A DNA stretch of 64,000 bases from NCBI GenBank assembly GCA_000708835.1, contig DF237221.1, forward strand, positions 51,783 through 115,782, in the 5' to 3' direction. The translations under genes and the position numbers were made by a program. Source of the DNA: Klebsormidium nitens (Eukaryota; Plantae; Klebsormidiophyceae). The notes beneath the pieces are model-generated. The model was not told the origin of the DNA. It saw only the letters and a list, made by a program, of their open reading frames with translations, and did not search any database. Shown here piece by piece: positions 50,901 to 62,230 of the stretch; position 1 is the first letter of the stretch; every line of letters begins with the position of its first letter.

Positions 50901-53900
50901 TCTGCCAGAGGGTTCGGCTTTGACGGCGCTGACCCGAATGCTGAAAGCATTTGATGAGTGTAACGAAAGCCAAGCTCGGCTCACATTTCGAAACGTCCTC
51001 AAGAGTAGCAGTGCAACTTTCTTACTGCCTTCAAATTGCAAGGAAGGTACGCGCGAATACAAAGTCACGCCTCAGTTATCAGCCATCCTCTGACAGCTGG
51101 CGGAAACTGCAGTAACATTCCCACGAATATTCCAAATATCGTTTTCCTTGACTATTTGGTGAGCTTCAAAGCTTACCTGACTGCGCTTTCTTTCTCGGGA
51201 TCGCGCTCATTGGTGTACAGGTTCTCGATGACCTCCTGGCGCGGCTTCTGGACCGACACCTCCGCTTGGTACCGGGTCGGGACCGGCGAGTTGAGACTGC
51301 CCACCACCTGCACCGATCAATTGAATCGCGGGTTTGGAGCTCCCAAAAATCTGCTTGTACTAGATCTGACGGTCAAGGTTGGTGTTGATTGGGAAGGCTA
51401 CGTGCCCCGTTGCGGGTTGAAGCGGGACGAGAAGAGTGCTCGGATAAGAAGGGTCGAGCAGTAGCCAGGCTGGATCAGATGTTGGTGTATACAGAGTGCG
51501 GTACTCATTGTGGACAACTGATAATTTGTAAAGTGGTGATATATTTGTGAAGTGGGGAGGCAGAAGTTCCTTGTGAATTGCGACGCACAGAGTGCGACCA
51601 GTGGTGACGGATGACTAAGATCCAAACATTCGAAGACTCCCGCCCTAAACCCTCAAAAGAGGACAAACCACCGTTTATAAGGATGTCAACAAATCTATGT
51701 GAAACAGATTTTGGAAATTAACAACGATGTGATACATCTCAAAGAAAGTGGCACGAGTGCGCTCACCGCAGCTACGGAGGGGACGTCGGCGCGGTGCCCC
51801 GGCGCGTGGCTGACGTCAGCGCCCATGAACACTGGCAAGGAGGGAGCATAAAAGAGTGAAGACCCTTTGAAATTTGCGCCGAGCGACGACGGCAACATTT
51901 CAGAAGAAGGCCGGAGACATGGGGTTTTTCACTTTCTTTAGGAGTTGGGGCTCATCGACGGAGAGGTTGCTAGGTCGGATGGACATACGGGTTTGAACCG
52001 GCGCATGCAAAGCACCGGGGCCCAAGATTCACGTCATCAAGGCGCACGTGGCACCTCGTAAGCGCGTTGCAAGACAAGACGAGATCGGCGCTTCGAACTC
52101 CGGACGCGCTTCGAGATTGAGAAAACCGATGAATAGACGCCACAAACGGATAACTCACGAAACAGCCCTATTACTTGTCACGATTTGCAGACATTCTGAA
52201 AAGGAAGAACAGCGTCCTTCGACACAAGCAGATCAATGTGAACTCCATGTTGACCACGAGCTCCGGAAACGTCCGGAAAAACAGCCGCTATATTTATATG
52301 CCTACGAACGACTCCTGACTGATGTTTCGTGCTTACTTGTGTTTTCCAACTTGGGGTGCTTGAGGAGAGCATCCTTGAACGTCACGTTTTGGCCGCCCGT
52401 CTGGCGCAGAAACGGGGTGTTTCCGGTCAGAGCGTGCTGCCAAGCCACTTCGTCACCGGCAGATCGAAAGAGTTCGGCAGAAAAGAAAGAATGCACAGGT
52501 GACAGGTGAAAGGACACCAGGTGGGAAGTCGAATAGGATGCTGGCGATCCGTTGCATTGGCACACAAAGGGCACTCAATGTAGAAGGGCAGATCTGACAA
52601 ATAGAAGCGGGCATAATCTACTATGAAGATTTAAGCGAAGCTCGGAAGCGAGGACGTTCGAAGACGGTTGCGTCACCACACGTTATTAGGCACGGGCAAA
52701 CATGCTTCTTGAAGTGGGATGAAAATGAGACGAATCAATCTGCGAAATAAGGATAACGCTACCAAAAACATACGTAGACTCCAGCGCACCTTCGTATTGA
52801 TCTTTTGGATGAGGTTCGCATAGTACTGCTGGTTCGCCTTCAGTACTTTATCCGCCGAGCAGCATTGCGTGACCAGTCCGCCCTTCTGCAGCACCTCGCA
52901 GTTCCGCTTCAGCTCGGCTGCGCGGACGGAACTGAAGTTAGACGTGCGGATGACCACATTCCCAAAGTCCGACTGCGCGTCACATGTGAAACGGCGTTCG
53001 AACGAGATTAGCGTGCGTCCCCATGACAGGAAGTCGTCTTCGGACGACCATGCAAACATCAGTATGTCGCAGGCTGATCAAGTGTTTGCGTCGGACTTTG
53101 ACTCGGACTTAAAGAACCCGAAACATTTGTCTACATAACGAAGACTCCAGATTTCCGTGGTCGGATTCTCCGGTCCAATTGCAAGTGGCGGTCTTTTCGG
53201 AGTGTCACAAATCAGTCGGTGGCCTTCGCGCATAGAAGAAAATGAATGGTTACGCCCAGAGTGGGCGGCAAGGAGAGCGAACTAAGTCACATTGAAAATA
53301 TCAGATTGAGACACAAGTGACTCTCAGCGCAAAAGCTCTACGAGTGTAGCAGCAAACCAGCACCTATCCGTTGTCAAGCAGCAGGGAACGGAAATAGAAA
53401 GCTGTCAGGACGTCTTTGCTGCTGGTGTCGTTTCGCGACCGATTTTTCAGGTCCCTTTGCGAGACTCTCCCAATAACCTAAGTCGTTTACACTGGAAGCC
53501 GGGCGAGAAGACTCCATCTCCTTCCGGAAAGGATAGGTGCTAACCGTACAATGTATTTCCCCATAGTCGTATCTCGTTTGGAAGCAAGGTTGCAAAGGAA
53601 CCAGCAAGAACCGGCAGTCAAGCAGCGGAGAACGAAAGGGAGAAGCTACTTCCGCAGGAATGCCTTTGAACAGCGTGTTCCTGTGCACGGCGCTCACCGT
53701 ACAGCGGAATCTTCCCCATGGGCAGAATGACCAGTACGAAGGTCGGCTGCAGCTTCGTCGCCATCCATTCGATGCACGGCTTGATATTCATTGGGTCCCC
53801 AGTGACCATTCCGTTGTTCGAGAGCGCCCGCATCGACTGCAAACAAAGGCGCCTTGCTTTTCAGACATCGCCAGAGTAGCTCCAGTCTCGTGGCTGTTAT

Positions 53901-56900
53901 ACCGGGTGCCCAACTTTGGCAAGTCGAGGCTGCGGTGCTCCTAACTGATCCGCTCAACTTGGAACATGACCTGCAGATGACAGGATCCAGAAGGTCGCAG
54001 GTGATTGGCCAAGAGTGACGTCATATTTGCGCGTGGGAAGAGTCTTCTGCTCACTACAGCGCCACTTTTCCGCAGTTTTTGGAAAAGTGGTGCCACGTCG
54101 GACTGTACGGACCGTCAGATGCCAAAATCGGACGGTTCATATTTTGCTGCCGACCGTCCTCCTCGTGTCTGGGTTGCCAAGTTGGTCACGCTGTATAACA
54201 GCCACGAGAGTTCCTCACATTTCGGGCCAGGAAAGGGCGGGGGAGGAAGCAGGCCTCGCGCATGGCGGACTATGCTCAAGCACAAATGTTTGTTTCGAAG
54301 CTGAGAATGTATTTTCCGTTCGTCGCCAACGGCAGCGATGGAAATGCACGATGGCGGCGTCTGGAAACACAAACGCATATAGGAACGATGAGCGGCAAGC
54401 CGGGGATGTATGCCAAGGCTGATCAGCATTCAAGCATGTTCCCAGGAAGCCCATGGAGATGAAGTTTCACTTGACACTTGGGTCTGGTAATGAGCGGCAG
54501 CCTTGACCATTGTGTAGTCCCAGTCCGCACACTGCATGGTGCCTTCTTGAGCAGTCTTCACCGTTCCTTGCCTTTCTTCAATCTTCACTTACGTTTTGTC
54601 TTAGTGAACGCGGTGCTCACCAGTCCGAAGATGTTGCTGTGTTTGACCAGCTCGTTTGCGATGTGCAACGCGCGGTCGACGGGGACTGCGGAGCGCGGCT
54701 CCCGGCTGGCGAGGTTCAGAAGCGCCCACTTGTCGATCGATACGCTCTGGTACATTTGCTGGTTAAGAGAACGGTTAAGAGGTTTGGGACCACTAGCTGG
54801 GTGCGACGGGTTTGCCTTGACTCTTATTTGAAAATGCAGAAAGCTTTTTGCGACCCTTCTGGTCGATTTTGGTGTTCGTCATGTTGACGCTCTAGAAGCG
54901 TCGACACTTCGAACTACAGTTGACCTCTTCCAGCATGATACTGGAAAGAATGAAGGGTCCGAGAGTCAGGGTCCTAGCCACGTTCCGGGCGGTCAATTTT
55001 AGATCAACATCCGAATGGTCTCCAGAGGTTCTCGATTGCAGAATCATCAGGTCAGCGTTTTGCGACCGTCTTTGCTCGATCTCTGCAAAGATCAAATCAA
55101 GCTTGTCGCCAAAAAAATCGTTCTGAATGCAATCGATCAACATGCGCTTACGCTCTGGGATACAATCAGCTCACCTTGGCCCCCCCTTGCGTGAGATTCC
55201 ACTTCCCCGGGTTGCTGATCCGCTGCCGGTTCCTATACTCGAGCTCTGGGGCAGGCAGTACCCGGGCCTGAACAGGCATCATCTCGGGGGCGACCTCCAA
55301 GCCCCAGTCTCGGATCAGCGGGTCGCCGTTGTAGTTGTTGACTTGGACAATCTGCGGAGACTAGTCCTCGGCTTAGGAGGGATCATACTATGTCGAACAG
55401 GTGCGGAGAACAGATGGTTTATGGTTTTAGGTTTTTAGGGTTTTAAGGGTTTTAAGCTTACTGATTCAGGATTCGAAGACAAGATTTGAAGTTTCTCGAC
55501 TGGTTCTTACAACGCCTTTCAAACCCATGGACTACACTTTAAGCGTTGGCGAAGTATTTGAGCGGCCGTCGACGGGAGAAGGAACGCCACTTTCAACCCT
55601 GGACGAGGAAAGAAGGGAACAAAAGAGGCTTCTCTTGAAACGTGCTTGATTTCCAGTGATTTTCTCGATGCAACCCCAAACCTCTTTCCGTTCCGCTTTC
55701 CCGGGCACTCACACCTGTCGAAGTTATCAGCATTCGGGGAGTTTGTGCTTACGAAGAAGCATCAATCCAACGCCGGTCCCAACCGGTCGTTTCCAATCCA
55801 TTCTTAGGCTACTTATGAACAATCACCTGTTTCTGCTACACATTCGAAACTTGCACATCCCCGGGCGATTGCAACAACGTTATCAAACGTCCCACCCCAC
55901 TCGTTCCGTCAGGGACTACAGATTCCCTGCAGATCACTTCGTCGGAACGTTCACATCCCAAAATCTCAATTCTCTCTAAAAGCGCTCCTCCACTCCGCCG
56001 TCGATCTGAAAAGCCGCGGACTCGTGGCCAACAGAAAGAATCCCAAGAAGAAGTCGAGATGATGATAAGCTCCAGCCAACACTCACAAATAACTAACCTG
56101 GGGACTTACCTGCTCCGGGCCCCTGCTTAATCTCAACCTCCAAACTAAACCTATCCGTCCCAGTGCGAAACCATATTTTTGTACTATTAAGCTTACTAGT
56201 ATCTGTTGTGAGATCGAGCATGCAGTGAAGTAAGTCGATTGCAAACCCCACCTGTTCGGTCATGGTCCGCCTCTTGCCCGGTAGCTGTGCTGCTTGCTTG
56301 ATCATCTCGCTCGTCTGCGGGTCGCTCAGCTTCTTAACCCGGTTGCCCTTCGCAATCACGCATACCTGCGGAGTACGAAGCTGTTTATCTCGATTGAAAC
56401 AACTTTGTGACAGCTGGTAGGACTCTCTTCTGACTCTTCCTTGTTTATTGAGATAAGTCAGCAGTCCCAGAGCCTTGAGACGCAGCCTCGCTTTCCAAGT
56501 AACGCGTCGAGAAACCGGTAGAGCCATCGCACTGGTTGGGACAAGTGCCCCAGCAAAAGGTGCTTCTTGGTCGGAGCGTTCCACTTCGAAGCCGCTCGAT
56601 GCGCATTTGGTGACAGAATCAAACAATCCCACGAGGTCCAGTGCTGACATCTTCGACCAACCCTTCTGAGAACCCTGGAGAGGCATCAGCCTTTCGGTCC
56701 CAATTGATTTTGTGTAAGGACGCCCGAAGTCTCGCATGCCTTGCGGCAAGCACCGGAATCTAAAGCGGTCCCCCATAGACACCATACTTCAAGGACGGGA
56801 AACAGCGCTTAACGCGACCAAGAGAACTTCCTTAAAGCGGGCGTCGTGTGACCTGTAACGCCTCGGCGACCACATAGCCCGTATGCCCGCATTCGGGTCG

Positions 56901-59900
56901 CTAAATTCGGTACCATGTGATCAAATTCCTGGCGACACGAAGACAGGGTATTCAGCGAAGAGGCCGCCGCGGAACCACGTGGTTAGACGCCCTCTTTGAA
57001 CTGCACCGAATGTGCTCAGTAGAACCAATTCCGGAAAAGAACCCGGGGAACAAGAACCGAGCAGTATTCAAAGAGTCACCTCAAAGGGCGTGGCCACCCG
57101 GTCGTTCTGTCCGCTCAGGAACGCGGGCAAGTGCGAGAACCGCAGGTCCCACCCGTAATGTTCCCGGAAGTATTCAGGAACGCTGCACTCCCCTCTTCCT
57201 TCCCATTCGAAGCTACAAGCAGGGAATGTCGGTCAACGACTTTCGTGTAATCCATGTCAAAACAGTGTGGTTTAAAATTGGAATGCAGAAACATGAATGT
57301 ATGCGCAAATCGTAAAGATGCCGTACTGCTCCCGGCAGTACTCAGGAACGCTGCACTCCATCCCACTCGAAGCTGCAAGAGTGAAAAACCTAGGCTTTCT
57401 CGCGAAACGATGTCCGATTCGTGTGGTTCAATCTGTGGCGAAAGAAAATGGACATAGGCGCACGGGGAACCAAGCAGAAATGAGAGTCTTTTCATTACGC
57501 AATGCTGGATCCGATGTACGCTCTAGGCTTCGAGAGCAGCCAAGAATTCCACTTTTTGAAATAAAGGTTTTCCAGTGCCCGCGACAAACGCCTGATGGAG
57601 ATGTTTAGCAAACAGTCAGGAAAACAAACCCGTCATAAGCTCGTCTTTGTGTAAAACGACAGGATATACTCAGATGGAATAAAGTTGCTTTAACAGGACT
57701 CCAAATCGTGCCGCATAAACAACGCTGTGTAAGAGAATGATTTTACCGGATGTCACCGACGGGTCTCGGGCTTATCTTGGACGCCTTAATCCTCTTCTTC
57801 TTTGCACCCATGTGGGTTACCTCCAATGTCAGGCCCCTGAGCGCTTTCATCACCTGCGCAAATGTCGGGACGGTAAGATTGGTAATCTTCGCGCAGGAAC
57901 TGGGGATCTGGACAGCGAAAAAAACTCAGACGCTTTCTGACAGCGGTATCGCAATTTCGGACAGCAGGCTCCTGGTCGCGATTGGATTGAGGCCCTTAGT
58001 CGACGTCCGATGGTAAATCTGGGACTCTGGGCAGCAGAAAGACGTTGGCACAATCGCATAAAGGGTTTGTGTATTCTAGCACAGCGTGTGTATGCACCCT
58101 GAAATCAGAACAGAGCTCCGGTGAAGGGCATCATTCATGCGGGAATTGGATTTTGAGCTGGACGGTTGCAATTTTTGGGCACGCTTTGCTGTCGAACGCA
58201 GGTTTAGCTAGTTAGGGCCGCATCAATCCCGGCGACGGAAGAGGCGCTCACTTTTTGCAGCTCAGCGGGCGAGAGAGGACCCCGATTCCTCAGCTGCTCG
58301 ACGGAAAGCCGCAGGGTGGAGGCGACGAAGTCGATCACGGGCTGCGGTTTGACGAACGCCGTGACCGCCGTGTCTGAGACACAAAATACACGCCGTTGTG
58401 AGTGCTCAAGCGGATGTTTTAACGAATTCTGTTCCAAGACTTTCCGCAAAGGTAGGATCCGTACACTGCTTAGCATCCTTGAAAATAAGTGGACAGGGGC
58501 CGGACGTGCATTCTTCCGATTCTAAAGCGGCACGCCTAAACAACTGCTTTCAGCAGATCAGAAACCGATGAAAGCACCAATACAGCCCTAACTCAATCGT
58601 TCGAAAGTGACAATTGAGCTCAACGCACGCCAGCAGAAGCCTTTGAAAGCATGGACCGTTCCTGAGCCGTCAAAAGGAGAATCACGGGCAGCAAATCACA
58701 TGGAGCCGCTTTTGTCAACGGAAGGAAGCGCCTCTTACCGACGCAAAGCGCGAGGGCGCCCTCCTGCGCGCGCGCGCCCTCGGCCGGCACGCCCTGGATG
58801 GGCTTGAGGCTCTGGTGGAAGCCGGTCCAGCCGTCGACGCCGCCGCCCAGGTCGAAGGGCTTCTGGGCCGGGTTGAAAAAGGACTGGCCAACGACCTTGA
58901 AACTGCAAGGCCGTTCGCTCCAATGAGCCGTTTGCAACTACTGACCAGCTTGCCTGAGTTGAAGGTTGATAACGTGGATGCAGAGATGCATGACGAAGAT
59001 AAAGGAACGGTGTAAAGAGAAGGAAGAAAGTAAGAAGGCGTGTGCGGAGCGGCGTCTCGGAAGGACCTGAAGAAGGACTGGCCCACGACGATGAAGCTGC
59101 AAAGCCGCCACTTCTTCACCCGTTTGCAGTCGCTGACTGGCATAGAACGAGCACCCTGTTTTCAAGGAACAAGTAATCATTGACGGATTTGCACAGCTGA
59201 AAACTCGATCTTCCAGAAGGTTCGTCCTTAACATTGACCACCTGAAAAGATACGCACGAACGATTGATACAGAACACTCGTAAGAGTTGGGCGGGTTGGA
59301 AAAGTCGGAAATAGGCTAAACCACCACCATGTAAGCCGGGACGATTCAAAAGACCGAAGAGGAATATCTACGCCGCATCTAGAACTATTGCTTATCCGCA
59401 TTACTTTCAAGGGAACAGTGGCCCGCTGGCACGAGCTTTGAATAAATGCGAGCTACAGCCCAAGGTCTTTGTGGGCGATGTGGGTGATTCAACTCTCCCG
59501 ATAGTGTTCACTTCTTGCAGCAATCGCTTGGGTCTCCACTTCGTCAAGCCGCTTGATAAAACGGACCTTGAGGACCTCAAAGAGTAGCATTGAGCAGGGT
59601 TCGCAGCTTGAAACGTGGATCCGAGGTAGGCAAGGAAGCACTTACGTGGCACTCAAGCGGCCCTTGAATACGGTCTCGAGGGCCTGCAAATAGGGGGATG
59701 GTCAGGCGTGACACTGACACCGTTGATGCAGGCAACTGAACAGAGTTCGGGACCTTGATAATCTCGTATACACGACAACCATCAACTTTTCCTTTTTGAG
59801 AAGAGCCATTCAAACGCTTCCCACAAATCCTCTGCGCTCTTTATATTCGACTCCGTCTTTACCAGGATCGGTGTCTGGGTTAAGTCTCCAGGAGCTTTCC

Positions 59901-62230
59901 GCGCTCAATTACTTTCAGACCTTAAAGTGGGCGCTCTATTACCCGCAACGCCTGTCGCCAAAAAGCGACATCGCAGGACATACTCAGGCTTAACGTCGCG
60001 GCAAAATATGTCAATCTGATCGCGGCGATTGAAAGCAGATTTGGCACTGGTTGGGTCGCTGCAGTTCGCGGCGACCTGACGCCCTCTTCACGCGGTCGAA
60101 CTTTTGGAGCATGCGGAGTTTGCTAGCTTACGGAAACTGCGTCCTGAGGAACGGTGCGGATGGCTCCAGCGAGCGCCAGGCGCAGAACATCAAAGTCAAT
60201 TTCGTTGTCCGCCGGCCGCGACAGCTTCACGTAAAACCGCTTCTCAGGAATCTCCCTGCGCAGGGGGAAGACAGGCGACGAGTTCAAATTTCAAAGTTCT
60301 TCTTCGGAAGAGTAAGGGCGGGACTGCGTCCGAAAGAGCAAGAGAACGTCCTTCCGAGGATCGAATGAGACTTTGTAGAGCACTGCTTACGGAAGGGATT
60401 ACAATTGAGAGGGGAGTCAAGCCTGTACAGACAAGCTCGTAGAGAGAAGACTTTCTATTCCGCAAGGAGTTCCATATATTATCGAGCTCCCCAGCTTAGA
60501 ATTGTCTGTGCACAATTGACCTTTGAGAGATGGTGCGTACAAAAAGAAGTGTTATCTTGAGAGACAGCTCGAGCACGTGCAACATTAGAAAGACAACAGT
60601 ACCGCACAAGGTAGAATGAGCGACATCGTAGGACAGCGCTTTCGTTGAAAAGCGTACCAGATTGATCTGCGAAAGAGCCTTCTTGGTTTGTCATACTAGC
60701 TCGCAGTCGCTCATCTGCAAAACTCACCTGTTGACTGCAGTCCGCAACGCAACTTCCCAGAAGTAACGAAACTTGCTGCCGAAGTTGCTCGCTCCAACAA
60801 AGTCGCGAACCAGATTTGAGAACTCAAAGGGGTCTTCCTTTGAAAATGCGACACTACTTTCGGCAGTTTTTATCACTCACCTTCCTTCAATGACCTCCTT
60901 GGGCAGATCAACCAGGAACTCCTTGGAAGTATCGCCGTTCGCCTCGAACTTCAAAGCCTCCATCGCATACAGCAGCTTATTGCCGTCATAACCCGGCAGG
61001 GAGCCGCCGAAGTCCGAGTCCTTGTACAGCTCAATAAGGCGAGCGATGATCTTTCGGTTGGTGGTCCGGGAGGGGGGTATCAGCAGATTTTCGACACGTC
61101 TCCATTTCTCGTTGCCGTCCTCGTCTTTCTCCGGCTTCTTCTTTGCATCGAGGACGAGCCTCAAGGGAGTGATGTCGACCTGCGGGTGGAGGGAATGCGG
61201 ACCGTTTTGTGAGAACAACCTGTAGCTATCCAAACGGTGAGAAGTAAGCTCTAAGTGACAGTAAGCTCTAAATTTCAGGCCTGCTGGTGATTGAGAGGGG
61301 TAGCATGCATGTGTCAAAGCAGTTTCAAAGGAGACCCGTTGCTGAAGCCCAGGCATCAAAGAAAGGTGGTAGCAGGCCCATCACGTCACTTGCAGTATCC
61401 ACCGTCATTTAAGGTCCCCCGAAGATGGAAAAGGTACGCCGATTGGAAGCTGAAAGGAATTGGATATTTGAAACATTTCAAAAGCAGTGTTTTTTTGGAT
61501 CTACTTGGATTGAATGAGATCGGTCATAAAAAAGTCAAAATCGAGATCTCAATGCGATGCTCAAATCTCCTTTCGTAAAAAGGTCAGAAGCTCATGGTCA
61601 GGTAACCTCATGACAGCTCACATTCACAATTCATTTCTACAATCAGTTCATACAATGTCGTGACCTCTTTCAAGTTTCCTCATCCTCAGGGACCGAACCA
61701 TCACAAGTCATAAACGCTCCACAATACTTTGTAAACGTTCCTACTTGGTGCTACAATTTGCTGCCTCCACAAACTAACATATCATCGATATCTTTCTCAA
61801 ACCTTCCACGCATGGTCAGTTCGAAACTCTGTCAGACAGCATTCCAGAGCTCTTCTTTGACCAGAAAGCTGAAGAGAAAGAGAAGAGAAAAATCAACACA
61901 TGCCAAGCTCTCTACATGGTAGTAACAAGTACGGCCAGCTGCAAGTGTCGATTCCCAAGGTCGAACCTATAAGGAGAACCTTCTGTGCAAAAGCCCTCTT
62001 CTCTGGCCCGCGCAGAGTAGGCAGAAGTCAAGACTCCTCACCTCGTACAGTCTGGCCGAGCCAATGGGCAGCCTCATGATCGTGAAATAGTTTGCTCTCA
62101 GGTTGACAGGAAAGCCCCTTCCCCCCAATCTTGAAGGCTTTCTCGCCAGCTCGTACGAAGTCACTCTTGAGCGCTTTGCTTCCCCCTGCTGCGAGGAGGA
62201 GGCCCTGACTTGCCCGCTGATGTCAGCCAT
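47937..62230 (-). CDS. AGO: Argonaute (N, PAZ, MID, PIWI), ~21 exons over 14.3 kb, DEDD catalytic tetrad
   Basis: Exons encode [36 protein letters not shown], the PAZ segment [109 protein letters not shown] and the C-terminus KKRMVFF*. Confidence 0.95.
53886..54209. mobile_element. MITE-like inverted-repeat element in an AGO intron
   Basis: TCTCGTGGCTGTTATACCGGGTGCCCAACTTTGGCAA (53886-53922) pairs with TTGCCAAGTTGGTCACGCTGTATAACAGCCACGAGA (54174-54209) with about 4 differences. Confidence 0.5.
55425..55456 (+). repeat. Short degenerate telomere-like tract (TTTTAGGG-type)
   Basis: TTTTAGG TTTTTAGGG TTTTAAGGG TTTTAAG inside an AGO intron. Confidence 0.4.
57320..57379 (-). pseudogene. Frameshifted pseudo-exon copy of the AGO PAZ exon start
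   Basis: Copy of 57152-57219 including the acceptor, with an 8-nt deletion and mostly third-position substitutions. Confidence 0.8.
59067..59101 (-). pseudogene. Partial pseudo-exon copy (FIVVGQSFF) of the AGO exon beginning FKVVGQSFF
   Basis: TGCAG|C TTC ATC GTC GTG GGC CAG TCC TTC TTC versus the true exon TGCAG|T TTC AAG GTC GTT GGC CAG TCC TTT TTC at 58873-58907. Confidence 0.8.

Noticed and set aside
56093-56785. 230-aa minus-strand ORF in AGO
   Set aside because: Only the VCVIAKG...TMTEQ part is a splice-bounded AGO exon; the rest is intronic open frame with no motif.
60722-60840. Strong donor CAG|GTGAGT at ~60727 suggesting an extra AGO exon
   Set aside because: Exons 2 and 3 already join in phase, and no convincing acceptor or AGO-like peptide is present. 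At most an alternative cassette.
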